Of a stretch of DNA of 64,000 nt, positions 14,685-28,510 are shown piece by piece; the first letter of the stretch is position 1, and each line of letters starts with the position of its first letter. This DNA is from Polymyxa betae A26-41. Taxonomy: Eukaryota > Protista > Endomyxa: Phytomyxea. The stretch lies in NCBI GenBank assembly GCA_003693705.1, contig RBZT01000753.1, positions 1 to 64,000 on the forward strand, written 5' to 3'. The notes beneath the pieces are model-generated. The model ran no database searches. It saw nothing but the letters and a program-made list of their open reading frames with translations, and was not told the DNA's origin. Made by a program: the position numbers and the translations under genes.

Positions 14685-17600
14685 TTAATTATCCTTTTGC
14701 AAATTGCTTGAACACGCGACAGGATCGTCACTGTCCATCAGCCGACAGAGATCAGGATTGTCGAGACGTTCAAGAATTGCTTTAAAATTAGGACGACGGT
14801 CTGGTAGCTGATGCCAGCAATCGGTCAAAAGCGAATACAATGGATGCGCCCGAAGCTCATCAGTGACATGCGGTCTGAGACCGTTGTTCACAACTTCCAA
14901 AACGATCTGCATCATCTCTTTATCTTGATACGGCTCCTCCCGCGTTAAAATCTCCCACATTATGATCCCGAAAGCATACACATCAGCTGATTCAATTGAG
15001 TCAAACAACGACTACATAAACTGCAGCCGAGTACCTTTCTCAGTGTATTGCTCACCAGAGCAAACTTCAGGACTCATCCAGATTGGGGTTCCAACCTGAG
15101 TCATTTTCTTCTTATCGTCCATGAACCGGGTAAGGCCGAAATCGGCGACTTTGACGTTCCAATTTCGGTCAACTAACAGATTGTCGCTCTGGTTCGTGTG
15201 TTTACAAACCATTAAACACGATGTGTTTCTGAGAATACCTTAAGGTCGCGATGTAAAATCACAGGATTACTTGTATGCAGGTAATGCATCCCGCAAGCGA
15301 TGTCCTTAATGAACTTGAGAATGATGCGGTTTGAGGTCACAAAAGTTCGATCAGCAAGCAGCTGAGCCAATGAGCCACGAGCACAGAATTCAATGATGAT
15401 GCAAAGATCGGGAGGTTGAGTAATGGCTCCTTTAAACTCGATCACGTTTGGATGCTTCAGCTGGCACATCAACGAGGCCTCCGAGCAGAATGCGTCGATC
15501 TGCTCTCCCTTCAGGGTTTTGATAAAAATCTTCTTGACAGCGACGATCTCTCCCCGAGCCTTTGCTAGCCAAACCTCTCCATAGGATCCTATGCCAATTC
15601 TGCGGCTCATATGGATCTCGTTCACATTATACGCATATCGATCGATCTCATGACCTCCTAATTGCATGCCTCGGTCCCTCTGAAGGTATTCAGCTGTAAT
15701 CTCGTCCTGTTTACATGTGGCATCATCCATCACTCGAATGAACTTGCGAGAATTGGAAAGAGCAACAGCAGCTTGGGCGCAGAAAACGGCAAGCAGAGTC
15801 TCTTCTTCTTTTCCAAATCCTCCCTTGTCAGTTTCGTCTTGCACTGATATTAGACCAAATACCTGATTCTCACCAGTTATTTCATCCTGTGCAACAATCG
15901 GCATGCAAATAATGCTGAAGAAACTTAGCGAGTTCTCATCCCAGACGGCTAATTGGACATACCTCTCGCAAGGTGCTCCGTTCGAGTCGATTATCGACTC
16001 GTACCTGTCATCTTCTTGAGCGCAGCTCTGGATTTTAACAGCTTGTGCTGTGCGAGCAACCCAACTACCATAGATAGGTCTAAGCTCTCTATGACAGAAA
16101 AGCTACAATATATCTAACCCGCTTATGCCATAATCCAGACTGAGACGATCCGATTCACTCCCGTTCTCTAACCTGTACATATATCCCTTCTCTGCTTCCA
16201 CCACCTGAAACAATTCAAGAGAAGAACATTTGGCTTGTGTGACATACAAAAAAGAAACAGTGATTCGCTTTCAAGAGATCACTGAGCTGGGACTGCATCT
16301 GGAACATCAGGCTTGAAGTTTGTAGCTCACTCGACAGATTCTTCGTGACATTTAGCATGAATTTCAAATTTCGAACTTGACGTAGGGTTTGATTTAGTGC
16401 CCTCTCAGTCTCTTGATATAAACGGCTATTGTTGATGGCTACAGCTGCTTGAGCTGAAAACGCACCCAGCTGCTTGACGTCATCGTCGCCAAAACTTAAA
16501 CCATGACGTTTGTTGATGACTTGAACGACGCCCACGATCTCGTTTTTGTGATCTTGAATCGACATGCACAAAATATTCCGAGTTCGGTATCCGGTTTCGA
16601 TATCCATTTTTCGAGAGAATCTTGAATCTGCGTATGCATCTGGAATGATGAGGGTCTGTCCAGTCATAGCAACATGTCCAGCAATGCCTCGATCCATTGG
16701 AATCCGAATAATGTCTTCGGTTTCGTTATTGATAGGTAATCTGAGGCCGTCACCATACGACATCGACGATCTTGTGTATAGTTCATTTCGGGAATGATCA
16801 CAGATAAACACTGTGCATCGTTCGACATTGAGCAATTTCTCAACCTGAAGCAGTATGTCAGAGATGATCGAAAACAGGAAGAGTCGTACTTTCTCCACAA
16901 TGATTTGTACCAAAGGGACCAATTGGAGTTCGCGAGAAAGAGCTTTCGTAACTTCCAGGATCGCATCGCTTTGCGCTAGAGATTTCTTAACATCAGTTAG
17001 CAACCTCGAATTCTCAACTGCTATGGCCGCATGAGCAGCGAATGTCTCCAGCAGATCTTCGTCCGCTTCTGTAAAAGTCCCAAATCTCGGGTCCTTGTTA
17101 ATAGCTTGAATAGCACCGACGATGATTCCTTCGCTAGTCTTCATGGGCATGCAGACGATATCGCGGCTTTTGAATCCGGTCAAACGATCCATTTCAGGAT
17201 TGAATCTCGGGTCTGAATGAGCGTCCAGAACTTTTAGCTTATCACCACTGGTCACAACGTATCCTGCTATTCCTTTATCCATTGGCATGCGAATCTCATT
17301 CATGTTAGATTGGAAAGGCAAGTCTGGAGCAGGACGTTTCCCTCGGACCCAGTCAAGAAAGCTCAGTTTGATTCCATGGCTGGCTTCTTTCCAGACAATA
17401 AGCTCGTTAGTGGCGCGATCGACCAGAAACATTGTGCAACGTTCAGCTCGAAGAAGAACCTGAACTTTGTGGGTCACCAACGAAACAATCCCTTGTATTG
17501 TGGTCTGCGATGATAACGCACGAGCCACTTCTAAAAGCGCCATGGACTGGTTATGCTGCTCAATCCCAGTCGCAGCTAATCTTGTAGTAGACTCCAATTG

Positions 17601-18167
17601 CTTGCTTATGGCCAGAATATGACAGATACATTCTGCTAATAGAAGCAATGATTCAGCATGGTCTTGGGAAAAGCTTCCAGAATTGTTATTTATCGCCCTA
17701 ATTACAGCAAGTACCGGGAAGTTATCGCTGCCTGAATGTAAAACAGGAACGCATAGAGCAGATGCTAAATTGGCTCCATCAATATCTTTGGCATAGGCTT
17801 CATGGAATTCAATCTCGCTTCTAGAATTCAGAATTAGAGGTCTTCCATTAGCAAACACGTGCCCAACGATTCCATGACAATTTTCAGGCACATTGCCGTT
17901 GTGCCGAACAAAAATTTGTGCCGATTCACAGCTAACAAGAGAGGCGATTTCGGAATTCAGCACAGTTGCCATGCGCTCAATATCCCATCCAGAACATTGT
18001 AGTAACTGTTGTGTCAAAGTCATGACACGACGAATGGCGCTAGAATCCTGAATCCGATTGACATTAACGGGAACGTGTTTTTCTGCATTCGATGATGAGT
18101 TTCTGAAAATTAGATTCGATATTGAGCTGGCCCGTCTAGATCTAGCCATCTTGAATTCAGATAACAT
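14685..18167 (-). CDS. Four tandem GAF domains fused to a TKL/Raf-like protein kinase, multi-exon
   Basis: PDE-type GAF repeats (GIAGYV/GIAGHV, DAH/YxDxRF, QAINK...F...DE) followed by a kinase with IGIGSYGEV, VAVK, HRDLK|SDN, DFG, GTPIWMSPE and DVYAFGIIMWE. Confidence 0.9.
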
Positions 18168-18539
18168 GCTCTACAGCATGTCAATGGCTACTCAGAGAGA
18201 ATTTCTGCCAGTAATGATAAGCTGAAATTGACCGTACTGCATGCACTATATTAAGATATCACAGGTTCGATCGGCAGAGCACGTGAATTGGATGAATCTC
18301 CAAGGGCCACATTTCTAACACTTCAACCACGCTTCGTTAATTATCATTTGCAGGCGCTAGATGGGACTGCAAACAGCATCAGGCAATCTTAGCCGACACA
18401 GCATTTCAATCCATTCGGAAGATACGACGAAGTCAGCAAACCACAGACACGATCGTGGTAATCACAAAAGAAACAGTGACAGTCGGATGGACACGAAGTA
18501 TCACAATGAAGAGAAGAAGCGTTAGGAGGTGGCCATTCC

Positions 18540-18608
18540 CTCGGATCTAACGTAATGTGTCCACTCGGATCTAAGTAACGTGTCGACTCGGATCTATGTA
18601 TCGCGTCT
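18540..18608. repeat. Imperfect tandem repeat, ~3 x 23-24 bp (CTCGGATCTAnGTAnnGTGTCnA)
   Basis: Three CTCGGATCTA cores at ~23-24 bp spacing in the divergent intergenic region. Confidence 0.75.
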
Positions 18609-18811
18609 AAGCGGAACTTTCATAGCCCCCAATGAACAGTCAGGTGATCGTTGGCTATCTTCAACAATGAAGGTGGAAGGCATTGAGGCAATTCCTAAAA
18701 CCTACTAAAGTGAATCTTCAGTCATGGAATATTTATTATACTTGATGTGTCTGAGACTTTCAAAGGTCATTGGGGGTTCATTGCGCAATCAGACCTTGAA
18801 ATCAATCCGTC

Positions 18812-19219
18812 ATGGCGCACGTGCTGTCGACCAGCTCGGCTCAGGATCTATCCGCTTTGATGCGAAAGCTACGAAAGCACACGAAGACTGTCGTCCAGGA
18901 GAACACTATCGCCAAACGAACCATCAGCAAATTGCGGCGGAAGAACGCCAAGCTGAAGCTCAAAATCGAGCAACTGCAGCAGCACCGAGCGGTTAGCGAT
19001 GGTGAAACTGCTATCCAGGCGAGGATGTGCAGAAATTGCAAAGAAATTGTTGCTCCAGAATCGTCCTGCATCTACCATCCTGGAAAGTTCTACGATATTG
19101 ACGACGGACAGCGAGAGCTTGATTCTGAGAGCGAGACGTTCGGTCTATGGAGTTGCTGCGACGCTGAGCAGAAAGACGCCATCGGCTGTGAACGTGGCAG
19201 TCACCGATTTTCCAGGTGA
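18812..19219 (+). CDS. Small coiled-coil protein with C-terminal Btk-type zinc finger
   Basis: Heptad-rich N-terminus, then CxxC, CIYHPGKF...WSCC...AIGC...H. Confidence 0.7.
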   Translation: MAHVLSTSSAQDLSALMRKLRKHTKTVVQENTIAKRTISKLRRKNAKLKLKIEQLQQHRAVSDGETAIQARMCRNCKEIVAPESSCIYHPGKFYDIDDGQRELDSESETFGLWSCCDAEQKDAIGCERGSHRFSR

Positions 19220-19678
19220 ACTGGTATGAAGCTTTAAATGCCTAATTTCATTGTTAAAATGGAATCATGGTTCGTCTCATGGCATCTTCATTAAGTTCAT
19301 CTGATGGATAATAAAGTGATGTTATCAGATTTATCTATTTCAAGGCGAATCTCTCCATACAGAGTAGAACACGCCTATCTGCCTTCGTCTGCATGGCAAA
19401 TAGCAAGTCAGGCGACTATCACAATAGATGGTCCTTCAGATCTCATGGTGTCGGGTTGTCGCCAGCTTGGACGTCAACAACACCATCGTGCAGGTCGAAC
19501 AACCCGTTTAACATCGTTTTCGACGAACAATCTGCAATATGCGTTAGTAAAGATAGCGACACCCTCGGCTGTGAACATGCTCGTCTTCGATTCTCATTGC
19601 TAGCATGAACTATAACGAGGTGGTTGGAAATTCCAGGTTGCTTTATTGGAAATTGGGCTTTATGGCTGCGCTTTAGTT

Positions 19679-20050
19679 TTATGAATAACCTGCGATAGAT
19701 GCATTTATGGCCGAACGTAGCTCGGCGATTCTTCGACGCCCATTATCTAGAGCAACTTCGTCGTCGAATTCCATTATTTTAACAGCAGACTGTTCACATC
19801 GGTCCAACGCTTGTAAGAGCTTGTTATAACCTTCTTGACGTTGAGCATGCGAAGACATTCGTTGTACAAGAACGAGAAGCTTCTTGAATTGGATCAGATG
19901 CAGACCAAGGCGCTTGCCGAGATGTTCCGCTTTGGAACTGCTACTCTCGCAAATCACTGGAGCCGAGCGGGTGAATGTTTTTGATAACGACGACCTTCGC
20001 GATAGCGTGCTGACAGTTTCGCCCTCGTCTTTAAACGATGAAATTGTCAT
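19679..20050 (-). CDS. Hypothetical alpha-helical protein
   Basis: 123-aa ATG-initiated ORF sitting in a gene-sized gap; no motif recognised. Confidence 0.4.
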   Translation of the reverse strand: MTISSFKDEGETVSTLSRRSSLSKTFTRSAPVICESSSSKAEHLGKRLGLHLIQFKKLLVLVQRMSSHAQRQEGYNKLLQALDRCEQSAVKIMEFDDEVALDNGRRRIAELRSAINASIAGYS

Positions 20051-20190
20051 CGTACAAACAGCCGAGCCGTTATAGATCTGTTGAGCACGACTGGTGTGGT
20101 ACTGCTATGCGATCTAACAGCATATGAATCTAGAGGAGGACTTTCTCAAAAATCTTTGCTCGAAGCTTGAAAACTGTTCTTACGATAAGT

Positions 20191-20999
20191 TTATTCAAAT
20201 AGCCAGCTTCTTGAGCCTCTCAGTGATGCTGGTACGAACGGGGTTCTGCAGAAAGTCAACGTCACAACAATCATGCCCAATCCTAATAATCCACAGCCAA
20301 AAACTGGAATCAGAAGAAACTGGATAGGAACAACGGTTGGGCCCGCTAAAGTTCGTAGCCAGAAAAGAACGATTGAACAGAACGCAGAACTACACCCAGC
20401 GAAGAGCAAAATCTGCGACCATGAGCTTGGGATATCGAGCTTATAAACTAACAGAATCCCCAGACAGAAGACGACCCACATTGATCTGAAAGCAACGTTC
20501 AGTAGCAAACCGTGATGATGAGGCAAAGTAGATACAAGAGTGCTAAGGAATGCCAACCCAGCAAAATTTGACTATTCCATAAATTCATGACGACGTTGCC
20601 GAATAAGAAAGTTAACAGGCCGCATAGGCCAATCAGGCGAAGGAAGCTGAGATTTGAGTGAGTGGGGGAAAGAGGTAAAGAACGTCTCCGATCGCGGGTC
20701 TGAGCGATTTCGACCCACGATCGTTTCCACCAATGATGGCGAAACAGAAGCCTCCAATGAGTATTGCTTGTCTTGGGAACTGTTAGCGGTAAGGCAAACT
20801 GATCCTTATACACGTTTTGCCATAAATTTGATGAACTACGGGTTGATATCAAATTCCAACGACGACAAGTGCATTCGATGCGAGCGATGTCGCAACCGTT
20901 CAGATGAGCGAATATTATGCTGATGATATCATCAGGAAGCGATTCCAAATTATAAGGTGGCTCAATTTGAAGGGGGATTTCAAACGACCCGTTGTACAT
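20191..20999 (-). CDS. F-box protein with C-terminal transmembrane helices (frame break near 20560-20600)
   Basis: LESLPDDIISIIFAHL...IARIECTCRRW F-box; the downstream hydrophobic segment is in a different frame and needs an intron or a frameshift. Confidence 0.7.
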
Positions 21000-22072
21000 C
21001 TAAGAATGACAATTGGGCCTCGTGCCCCAAAAAGGATGGTACTAATATCTTACGTAAAAAGACGACATGACACAGAATTCAGAACAGGTTAAACTGTTAC
21101 TTCAATGCAGGTTGTGTAGATTGCTTATGTAATTTTTGTGGTGATCGCCAGATGTCAGATGGGAATGATTTCCTCAAAAGGTTTTGTCGGTCACGATCGA
21201 TGGTGACACCACAGGACCTTAAGACTCCAGGGACAGCAACATGCGGTTTATTAACCGTCACGATTGTGTTCTTGACCGTTGGATAATTATCCAGTACGAC
21301 GGTTGCAACTGGCAAGTTTGTCAGCTTATGCGGCCAATCGAAGAACTACAAACAAACTCTCATTGGCAACCGTTTCCACCAGATTGAGGGGTCGGCCCTC
21401 TACAACATCCCGGACCTAGATTTATTGATCAGATGGCTTTAGACACAAAAACTGACAATATGAGACCTTTAGATAAACCTCTGCATAGTTTACTGCATCA
21501 GAAATGGAATCAGTCTGCGCAGCAGGTCGAGAATCAACAGTCATCTTCAGGTCCACGACGAATTTCTACCTCGATTATCAATAATTTTAGAGAAACAAAC
21601 CAATCAGCACCGGAGAGAAAACAGACCTGGCCCAAGTCACGTTCGCTTTGATAAACGCCTGGACTTTACATAAGATGGCAAACATACGCTTGTAGTGGAC
21701 CATTACCATGACGCGCATGGAACACCATCCCACATAGAGTAATGACATCATTACAGACGTTTCCGCTTTGTGTCTGGATCCAGCGGCTGCTGGGTGATCG
21801 CAGGTGCTTCAACAACATGGTTTGAAATCGAAAATGAATGAAAACGGCTGGAACAAAATCATGCGCAGCCTGTCTATTGGTGAACGACATGGTGAAATCA
21901 ACCTGATACGACTCTCTGCATTCAGCAAATTTTCGAAAAAAACATGGTGATGAAATATCCAATTTTGTCTTAATAAGAATTCGATAGATAGATTTAAGTT
22001 TGTTGACGATTCGCCAAAAAACTCTCATTAGAATATTGGAATATTTAATTTGAATTTGACTGTAGGTCCTTG

Positions 22073-24016
22073 TCATACTTGACAGGAAATTGATGGGGAT
22101 GTGTCATCCTTCGCTCTTCTAATTGCTTGTTCGAGGGCAGCCTGATGCGATAAATAGCTGTGACTTGAGAGCATTGTTGGCGTGATTAAGATCCCGTCAG
22201 TGATGCCTATATCATCCTCCTCGATATTTTCTCGAATTGGCCGGAGGGGCACCTTTCTTCCAGGGACATAGAGCTGTATGTGCTTATCTTTGTTGCTAAT
22301 CAGCCTAAAGTGGTGTTCGATTTCGTCCTCGATGGCATCGATATCTAACGAATCAAAGAAATCGAACAACTTCTTGTGAACCTTCGATTCATAATCGCAT
22401 GCCCAGCGCCTTGGCATTCGCTTATGCCATGAGGAAGAGCAAATGGCATTTGTCAACACTGACATCTCTGACACCAAACATTTGATGCTTCTCAGATTCA
22501 GTTGAGTGATGAAATCGTCAACAAGGGCAACCTGAGTTACACCGGGCAGGTTTAGAGGAACGCTGAATATAGGCGGGCAACCGAACCCAATAACCCGGAT
22601 CGCTCGGTCTTCGCATGCCGGCAGTGGCTCGTTTTTCAGAAGTACAACCACGGCGGCGGCGGCAGCCGCTCCAAGTGAATGTCCAGTCATTATAAGCTCG
22701 TATTCGGGGTGCTCGATAAGGAATGTTTTCAACTGATCCGACTGAAGTAATTGCTTATGGAGATTGACAGCTGACTTCCAGATACCAGCATGAGCATACA
22801 TCGGCTCGAATCCGTCTACATTCACAGGACTTGGATGGGCATGCAAATCGGTTAGCAAGTCGTGAATGCTAGAGCTGCCGCTTAAAGCTATCCATATTTG
22901 ACGATTATCGTGGTCTGCAAAAATCACGTATGATGGCAAGAACAATGATGGCTCGAAACAGTCGACGATAATATCCTCTTCTTTGACGTCGCATACGATC
23001 ATGAAACCTGAAATGACATTAGCTTGCAGTGCTTAATGATGACGAAGCCAGTTACCTTTCTTTCGACGGTGCTCTTCACGACCTAGAAAATACCGAAAAA
23101 AGCGTCGAGGATTCTGTGTAAATGTAGCATATAGTCCATAGATTCCAATTGCGTATTTGACAGTGCGAGCATAAAATTCGAGATCTTCCAGAGGATGCAT
23201 ATCGAGCTCGTTAACCGCAACACCGCTTTCAATTTCTTGGACTTTTGCAACACGCACCTTACGGTAGCGTTGGAATGCTCGTGTCAGCTTTAAAGCATCG
23301 AGGATGATACTAATCTCCGAAGCATTGCATATATCTTCGAAAATCTCCTTTGCTGTTTGCTCGACATCATCAAACTCACCAACATTACGATGCAGCTCGA
23401 TTTGGTTGTTTACAATACCGAAGAAGTGTCGTTTCAGGAATTTATAGGCTGACTTTGAGATCAACGTGTTAATCATAAAATGATAGATGATGAAAAGCCA
23501 ACTGCATCCAAGATATGCTCCGATTTCGATTTCATCAGGAAGATAGCTCAGTGACCACCAGCCAGTACAAGCAAGATTTAAGAACGTTAGCAGCCATAAG
23601 CACACTTCATTAAACTGCATCATGCAAAGGAATCGATCTGGCGCTTCTTGTATAAAGCGCACAGATAGTCGCAGCAGATGAGAGCATGCCATTGCTCCAA
23701 TCGAAAGGCCTTGAATGATGCATTGGAAGGTGAATAAAGGGGCCCAGTGCAAAAGCGTCACTTCTTTCCGGTCAGCATTTTTAGGGATTTTGAAAGTTAG
23801 AATATAAATGGACCAGATCATTAACATCAGCTGCGAACAAAGCAAAACCGTCATCAAGAAAATCATGAATATTGGCCGGCTATATCCTAGGGCGACACAT
23901 CCTACCAAATTATCAACGACAAGTCGCTTACAAATTGCGAAACGAGACCAACCCGATGTCATCTGGGATGAGAACCGCTTCCTGCAGAGCTTCTTCTTGG
24001 TGCCACGTACTGCCAT
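22073..24016 (-). CDS. Class 3 lipase (diacylglycerol-lipase-like) with N-terminal transmembrane helices
   Basis: DLLTDL, AHAGI, TGHSLG nucleophile elbow and FGCPP; ~4 TM helices in exon 1; one short intron near 23008-23055. Confidence 0.85.
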
Positions 24017-24318
24017 ATGTTTGGATGTTGATGATTAATTGCTGCACTGGAGGCAGAAGGCAGCTGTCGCTCCATACAATGTGGGCTCCGTCGTGGAAAG
24101 AGCGCTGATTGATTCACCCTATCAATCGATCCCCCTGAAGTTCCGTTTCGTTACTCCATTTACCCATCCATAACCCTATGGCACTTGGGAGCCGCCCCCC
24201 CTAATCCCATAGGTTTGAAAGGACGTAATCCCTAACCAGCAGTCTATAAGCTGTCGTATAATAGTCATTGGAAGTTATACAAGGAAAGATTTAAAGAACG
24301 ATTATAAAAAAATAAGTC

Positions 24319-26020
24319 TTATTGTTGATTACCAACTTGGATTTCAACTTGGATTCTTCTTGTTCTTGCCAAACTTAATTGAATATTACGTAAAGTTCAG
24401 GATAATGGAGTCCAATTTATCCACGCTGATAAACAAGCGCTTAAGAAGCTTGCAGGGAAGCGGGACTACAGCAATTTCACAGTGCCTTTGACTCTGAAGA
24501 ATTGAAAACCAGCTCTAAGCCAATGGTTTCAATATGGTAGCTCTCCACGGTTAATTCCATCTTCTTTGAGCTCTAAATACAGATTACCAAAGCAGGTTAC
24601 GTACAATTGAATCGGCTTGCCGCTGCTGTCAATTCGGGCATAAACAACTGCGACGTCCATGGTGCTGGGACAACATTCTGCAAATTCATTTAGTGGTATT
24701 TTCAACAAAGAAACAGTTACGCTCTGACATGGCATTCAGCTTCAGCAATACTCTTCAGACTTTCTCGACCTAGATTGAGACGGTCAGAATGCGCTGGCAC
24801 ATGGTGAGAAATCATACGGTTCTTAATCCTTTCATATGGTTTCAGCTGAATTTCTGAGGAGTCGATCTTTAACGTTATTGTATGACGAGACTGATTCTCG
24901 AAAGACACCGTGGTTCCATTTAAAGATATCTTTGGGATTAACGACCTAAAAAAATATCGCTCATGAGCGCGCTATTAGGAACTTCAAATCACAGTAATAC
25001 GATGCCAATGCATTTTTGTCAAACGACGAACTGAGTAGAGCGCTGCTTGGCTGATGAAAACCGTAAGCAGAACAACATTCAGGATATACAGCGAGTACCT
25101 TGATCAGAAATCGTCCGCAAACAGAACAACGAGCTGAGGTCCGAGGCATTAAGCACTGTCGGTTTGGAATCATTTCACTAAATAAAAAATTAAACCAGAA
25201 AAATTCTTATGAATGCATTGTACTGAATCGCTTGGTATGGATCGAATGGAGTCATCCATCGGCCTAATGTCCCCAACTGCAAAATCGCAGGCGTTTCCCA
25301 ACGTTCCGCAACCAATTCTCTGTTTTACCGTTATAACGAAGTTTAACCACAGAACCCTAATACCTGTCGTTGGAGACTTGATCTGAGCGGATGTTCTCTT
25401 CGCCTTCCTCAGACTGAAATTTTGAAACCAGGTTGTCCAGGTGGAGGCGCTGGTTTTCCAAAGCGGTTTCTATTGCGTTATGACAAGACCCTGAAATTCT
25501 TCCATTAGTCATTCACTCATAGAGTGCATCCCTGTACTTTGAAGCTCCTCTTCGGACGAGCACCGCTGCGCCCATGTCCAATAGCAGAACACACAGCGAA
25601 AAGTGTACAGACCAGAATCGCAATAAACCTTCAATTGACATTTACACAGCGGACACGCCAGACACTGTGAAGACTTGAATTTACGATGAGCAGAAATCAT
25701 TAATGGATACTCTCAGGCAAGAATAACGTTGTTTATGGGCTATAGCTGGAGATATTGAATCTGAGCACGTATAGCATAGATAGGCATCGACTCTGTGGGT
25801 TGAAAATCAAAAAGCCGACTTTAACTGGAGTAAGCAAGAATAAGTTTGCTCATGAATTGCGTCTGATGATTTAAAAATCGAAAAAATATCCATACTGGGT
25901 GCAGGCACAATTTTGACATTGCAGACGGCAATGTGACTCGCCCTGGGCAGTGCAGAGCAATAACTGCTCAAGGCTGTTCGCCTTGTGGCACCTTTGGCAG
26001 ACAATGGAAACCTTCGCCAT
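24319..26020 (-). CDS. DCTN4: Dynactin subunit 4 (p62), multi-exon
   Basis: Reconstructed MAKVSIVCQRC..., VDAYLCYTC, CLACPLCKCQL, FRCVFCYW and LMPRTSARCSVCGRFLIK match the p62 zinc-binding pattern. Confidence 0.75.
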
Positions 26021-26594
26021 CGCTGATAGACGGGAATGCCAAACCTACAATGAGCTACGGCCTAAACCTGGATTTGCCCTCCTTTATTGGAGGCAACAAC
26101 AGCAATTGAAGCAATTCGACAACTCCAGGCGCATTTTATTTCAGTTTATTCCAAGCTGGGATGACATTGAAAGTGGCTATGTTAATCAAGGGCCATACTT
26201 GTAAACCTGAGAACTACAAAACAGATGCCATTTTAATTAGAAAACACAGAGTATATCCGCTATTTCGATTTTTCAAATGGAACGCGACGATCTGCGCTTT
26301 AATCAGCATTCATTCTTGCCAAAAATCAAGGGCGAAATTTCATTGTTCGAGTTTTCAGGCCTTTTGTAATCTGAAGCAAGATGATACATAACCATACCTG
26401 TTCAAGGTCTGTCACAAGTAATCAACCAAAGCAAAGCTAAAAATCGCTTTCAAATTGAAAAATGCAGTCAGCGCGCCAAAAAAAAGCAGAAATATCTGAA
26501 ACGGCTCTGTGACGAAACTGCGTCAAGAAACAATTTGGGCCGCCGAATCTGCCCTGGCTCTGGTTTAAATTGGCCAGGCGCCGTCGGCTTGGCG

Positions 26595-28510
26595 ATGTTC
26601 TTCTCATCGGTCTTGTTCACCAAGCGAGGAAATCTGGCTAAAGTTTGGCTCGCTGCCCACCATCAGGATAAACGTCTAACGAAGGCAATTGTTGTCTCCA
26701 CCAACATTGAAGGTTGACACACTCCCATCAATGACAGTTACGAGAGTTGAATGAGACTTGTAGAATGCTCTCATGAATTAGCAGAACCGACAGTTCCATT
26801 ATCGCTTCGAATATCCGGCCAACTATTACTTGGCGTCGTTCGGATCTATCAACGGAAAGTTAAATACCTTCAAGAAGACACTCAGGTGAATTTTTTGCAA
26901 TTTGCCAATCGAACTTTGAGTTTTTTGGAGATAATTGTTAGTACGATTTACTCATGTTCTTTAGGAAGCTTTAACTAAGGTCAGGATGACTTCTCGACCA
27001 GGATTAGGAGCCCTTGAATTACATCCTTCAAATGCTACTGCTGCATCTGCACAAATTACTTTTATAGATGGAGCTGATCACGACTTCTTCGATTTCGCTA
27101 TCCCCGATATTCCGTTGAATCGTCTGGATGAGATGTGCGAGAATGATTTCGCACAGCAAGAGCTGGCTCGAGATGCTGATATCACTCTCGAAGAGGATGA
27201 TCGGTTTTCCTACAACCTCAGCGTAAATCATGGAGCTAAACAATTTGAAGACGTGGATGATGTGTTAGGAGTTGGCGAAGAAGAAGATATCATCCAGATT
27301 GAACCTTTTGAGGATGCTGGCGATAAAATCGACCAATCTATCGAAATCGCGCGTGACGCTCAAGACTTTGGAATCGAAGATACGCTACCTCTCATTGATG
27401 TATGTTAAGCTCGTGTTTCATTTTTCTGGCAGTTTTTAATGTTCTCTGACTTTAAGCGCTTTCATTGACTCTCGTTCTCAGATTGATATCATTGAAGACG
27501 CTGTCAAGAATGGCGAAATGGACTCTGTTGCTCCTGTAGAGGATGTTGATATGCTTGAAGAACCAATTCCTTTACTTGATCATCATGATACTATCAGCAA
27601 CGTCGAAAACGACCGATCAATAATGGGATCTGTGGACGTTGCACCTGAGCTCGATTGCGAGATTAATATTGCTGTGAAAAAGTCGCGAAAGCGCAAACGC
27701 GCGAAACACGACCGGTCTACCCAGATGACATCTGCCGAAGTAATGGATCAGGATACCAGCAAACTGGTGATGGAAAAGGCAGAATTATTAACTGAGCCCG
27801 AGCCGGAGCTTCTGGCATCCACTTTTGGAGATATTCCTGATTTCCTTATCACGCCATCCGTTACGATTGGGCCTCTTGCCGAAGAGCTCACCGCATTTCT
27901 CGCGGACAGCTTCCGAAAAGGAACGTCGGAAGCCGTCATTGAGATTGCCGATCATCCTGTTGTCCAAGAGGACGAAACTGTGCCTCATTCGACTGAGGCG
28001 CATGCTGATGGACAGGAACATGTAATGGAAGCTGATTTCAACTGCGACCCTGATGATCCAGCCCCTTTCTTTGACGACGAAATTCCAGTTGTCCAGCACG
28101 ATGAACAGCCCGCAGTGGACGACGACGTTCAGCGCCAGTTCGAAGAAGGTTTCATCAGCGCTGATCGTTTGGACGAGCCTCTTCCTGATATTGTCGACCA
28201 AGAGGAGCAGAAGGAAGGCGACGCTCCACAATCAAGCGCGTTCTCTACATGGAGCGACCGCACCAAAAAGATGTGTGTGCTTCTCTCAGAAAGGCTTGAC
28301 AAATCCGAGTCCGAAATTAGGCTTCAATCTCTAATTGAAGGCAAACCGCGATCAACGGCTGCTGTCATCTTTCTCGAAGCTCTGATCCTGAAAACGTACG
28401 ATTTCATCGACCTGGATCAGCCGCAACCCTATGGCGAGATTGAAATTAAGCGAGCATCACGATTCCGCAGTGGTGCTGCCATGGCCGACATGATTGCTAT
28501 AACAGGCTGA
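26595..28510 (+). CDS. RAD21: Cohesin kleisin subunit Rad21/Rec8 family, multi-exon
   Basis: MFFS..LFTKRGNLAKVWLAAH, LSLRISGQLLLGVVRIYQRKVKYL, acidic middle, and C-terminal winged helix (RSTAAVIFLEALILK...Q.QPYGEIEI). Confidence 0.93.
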
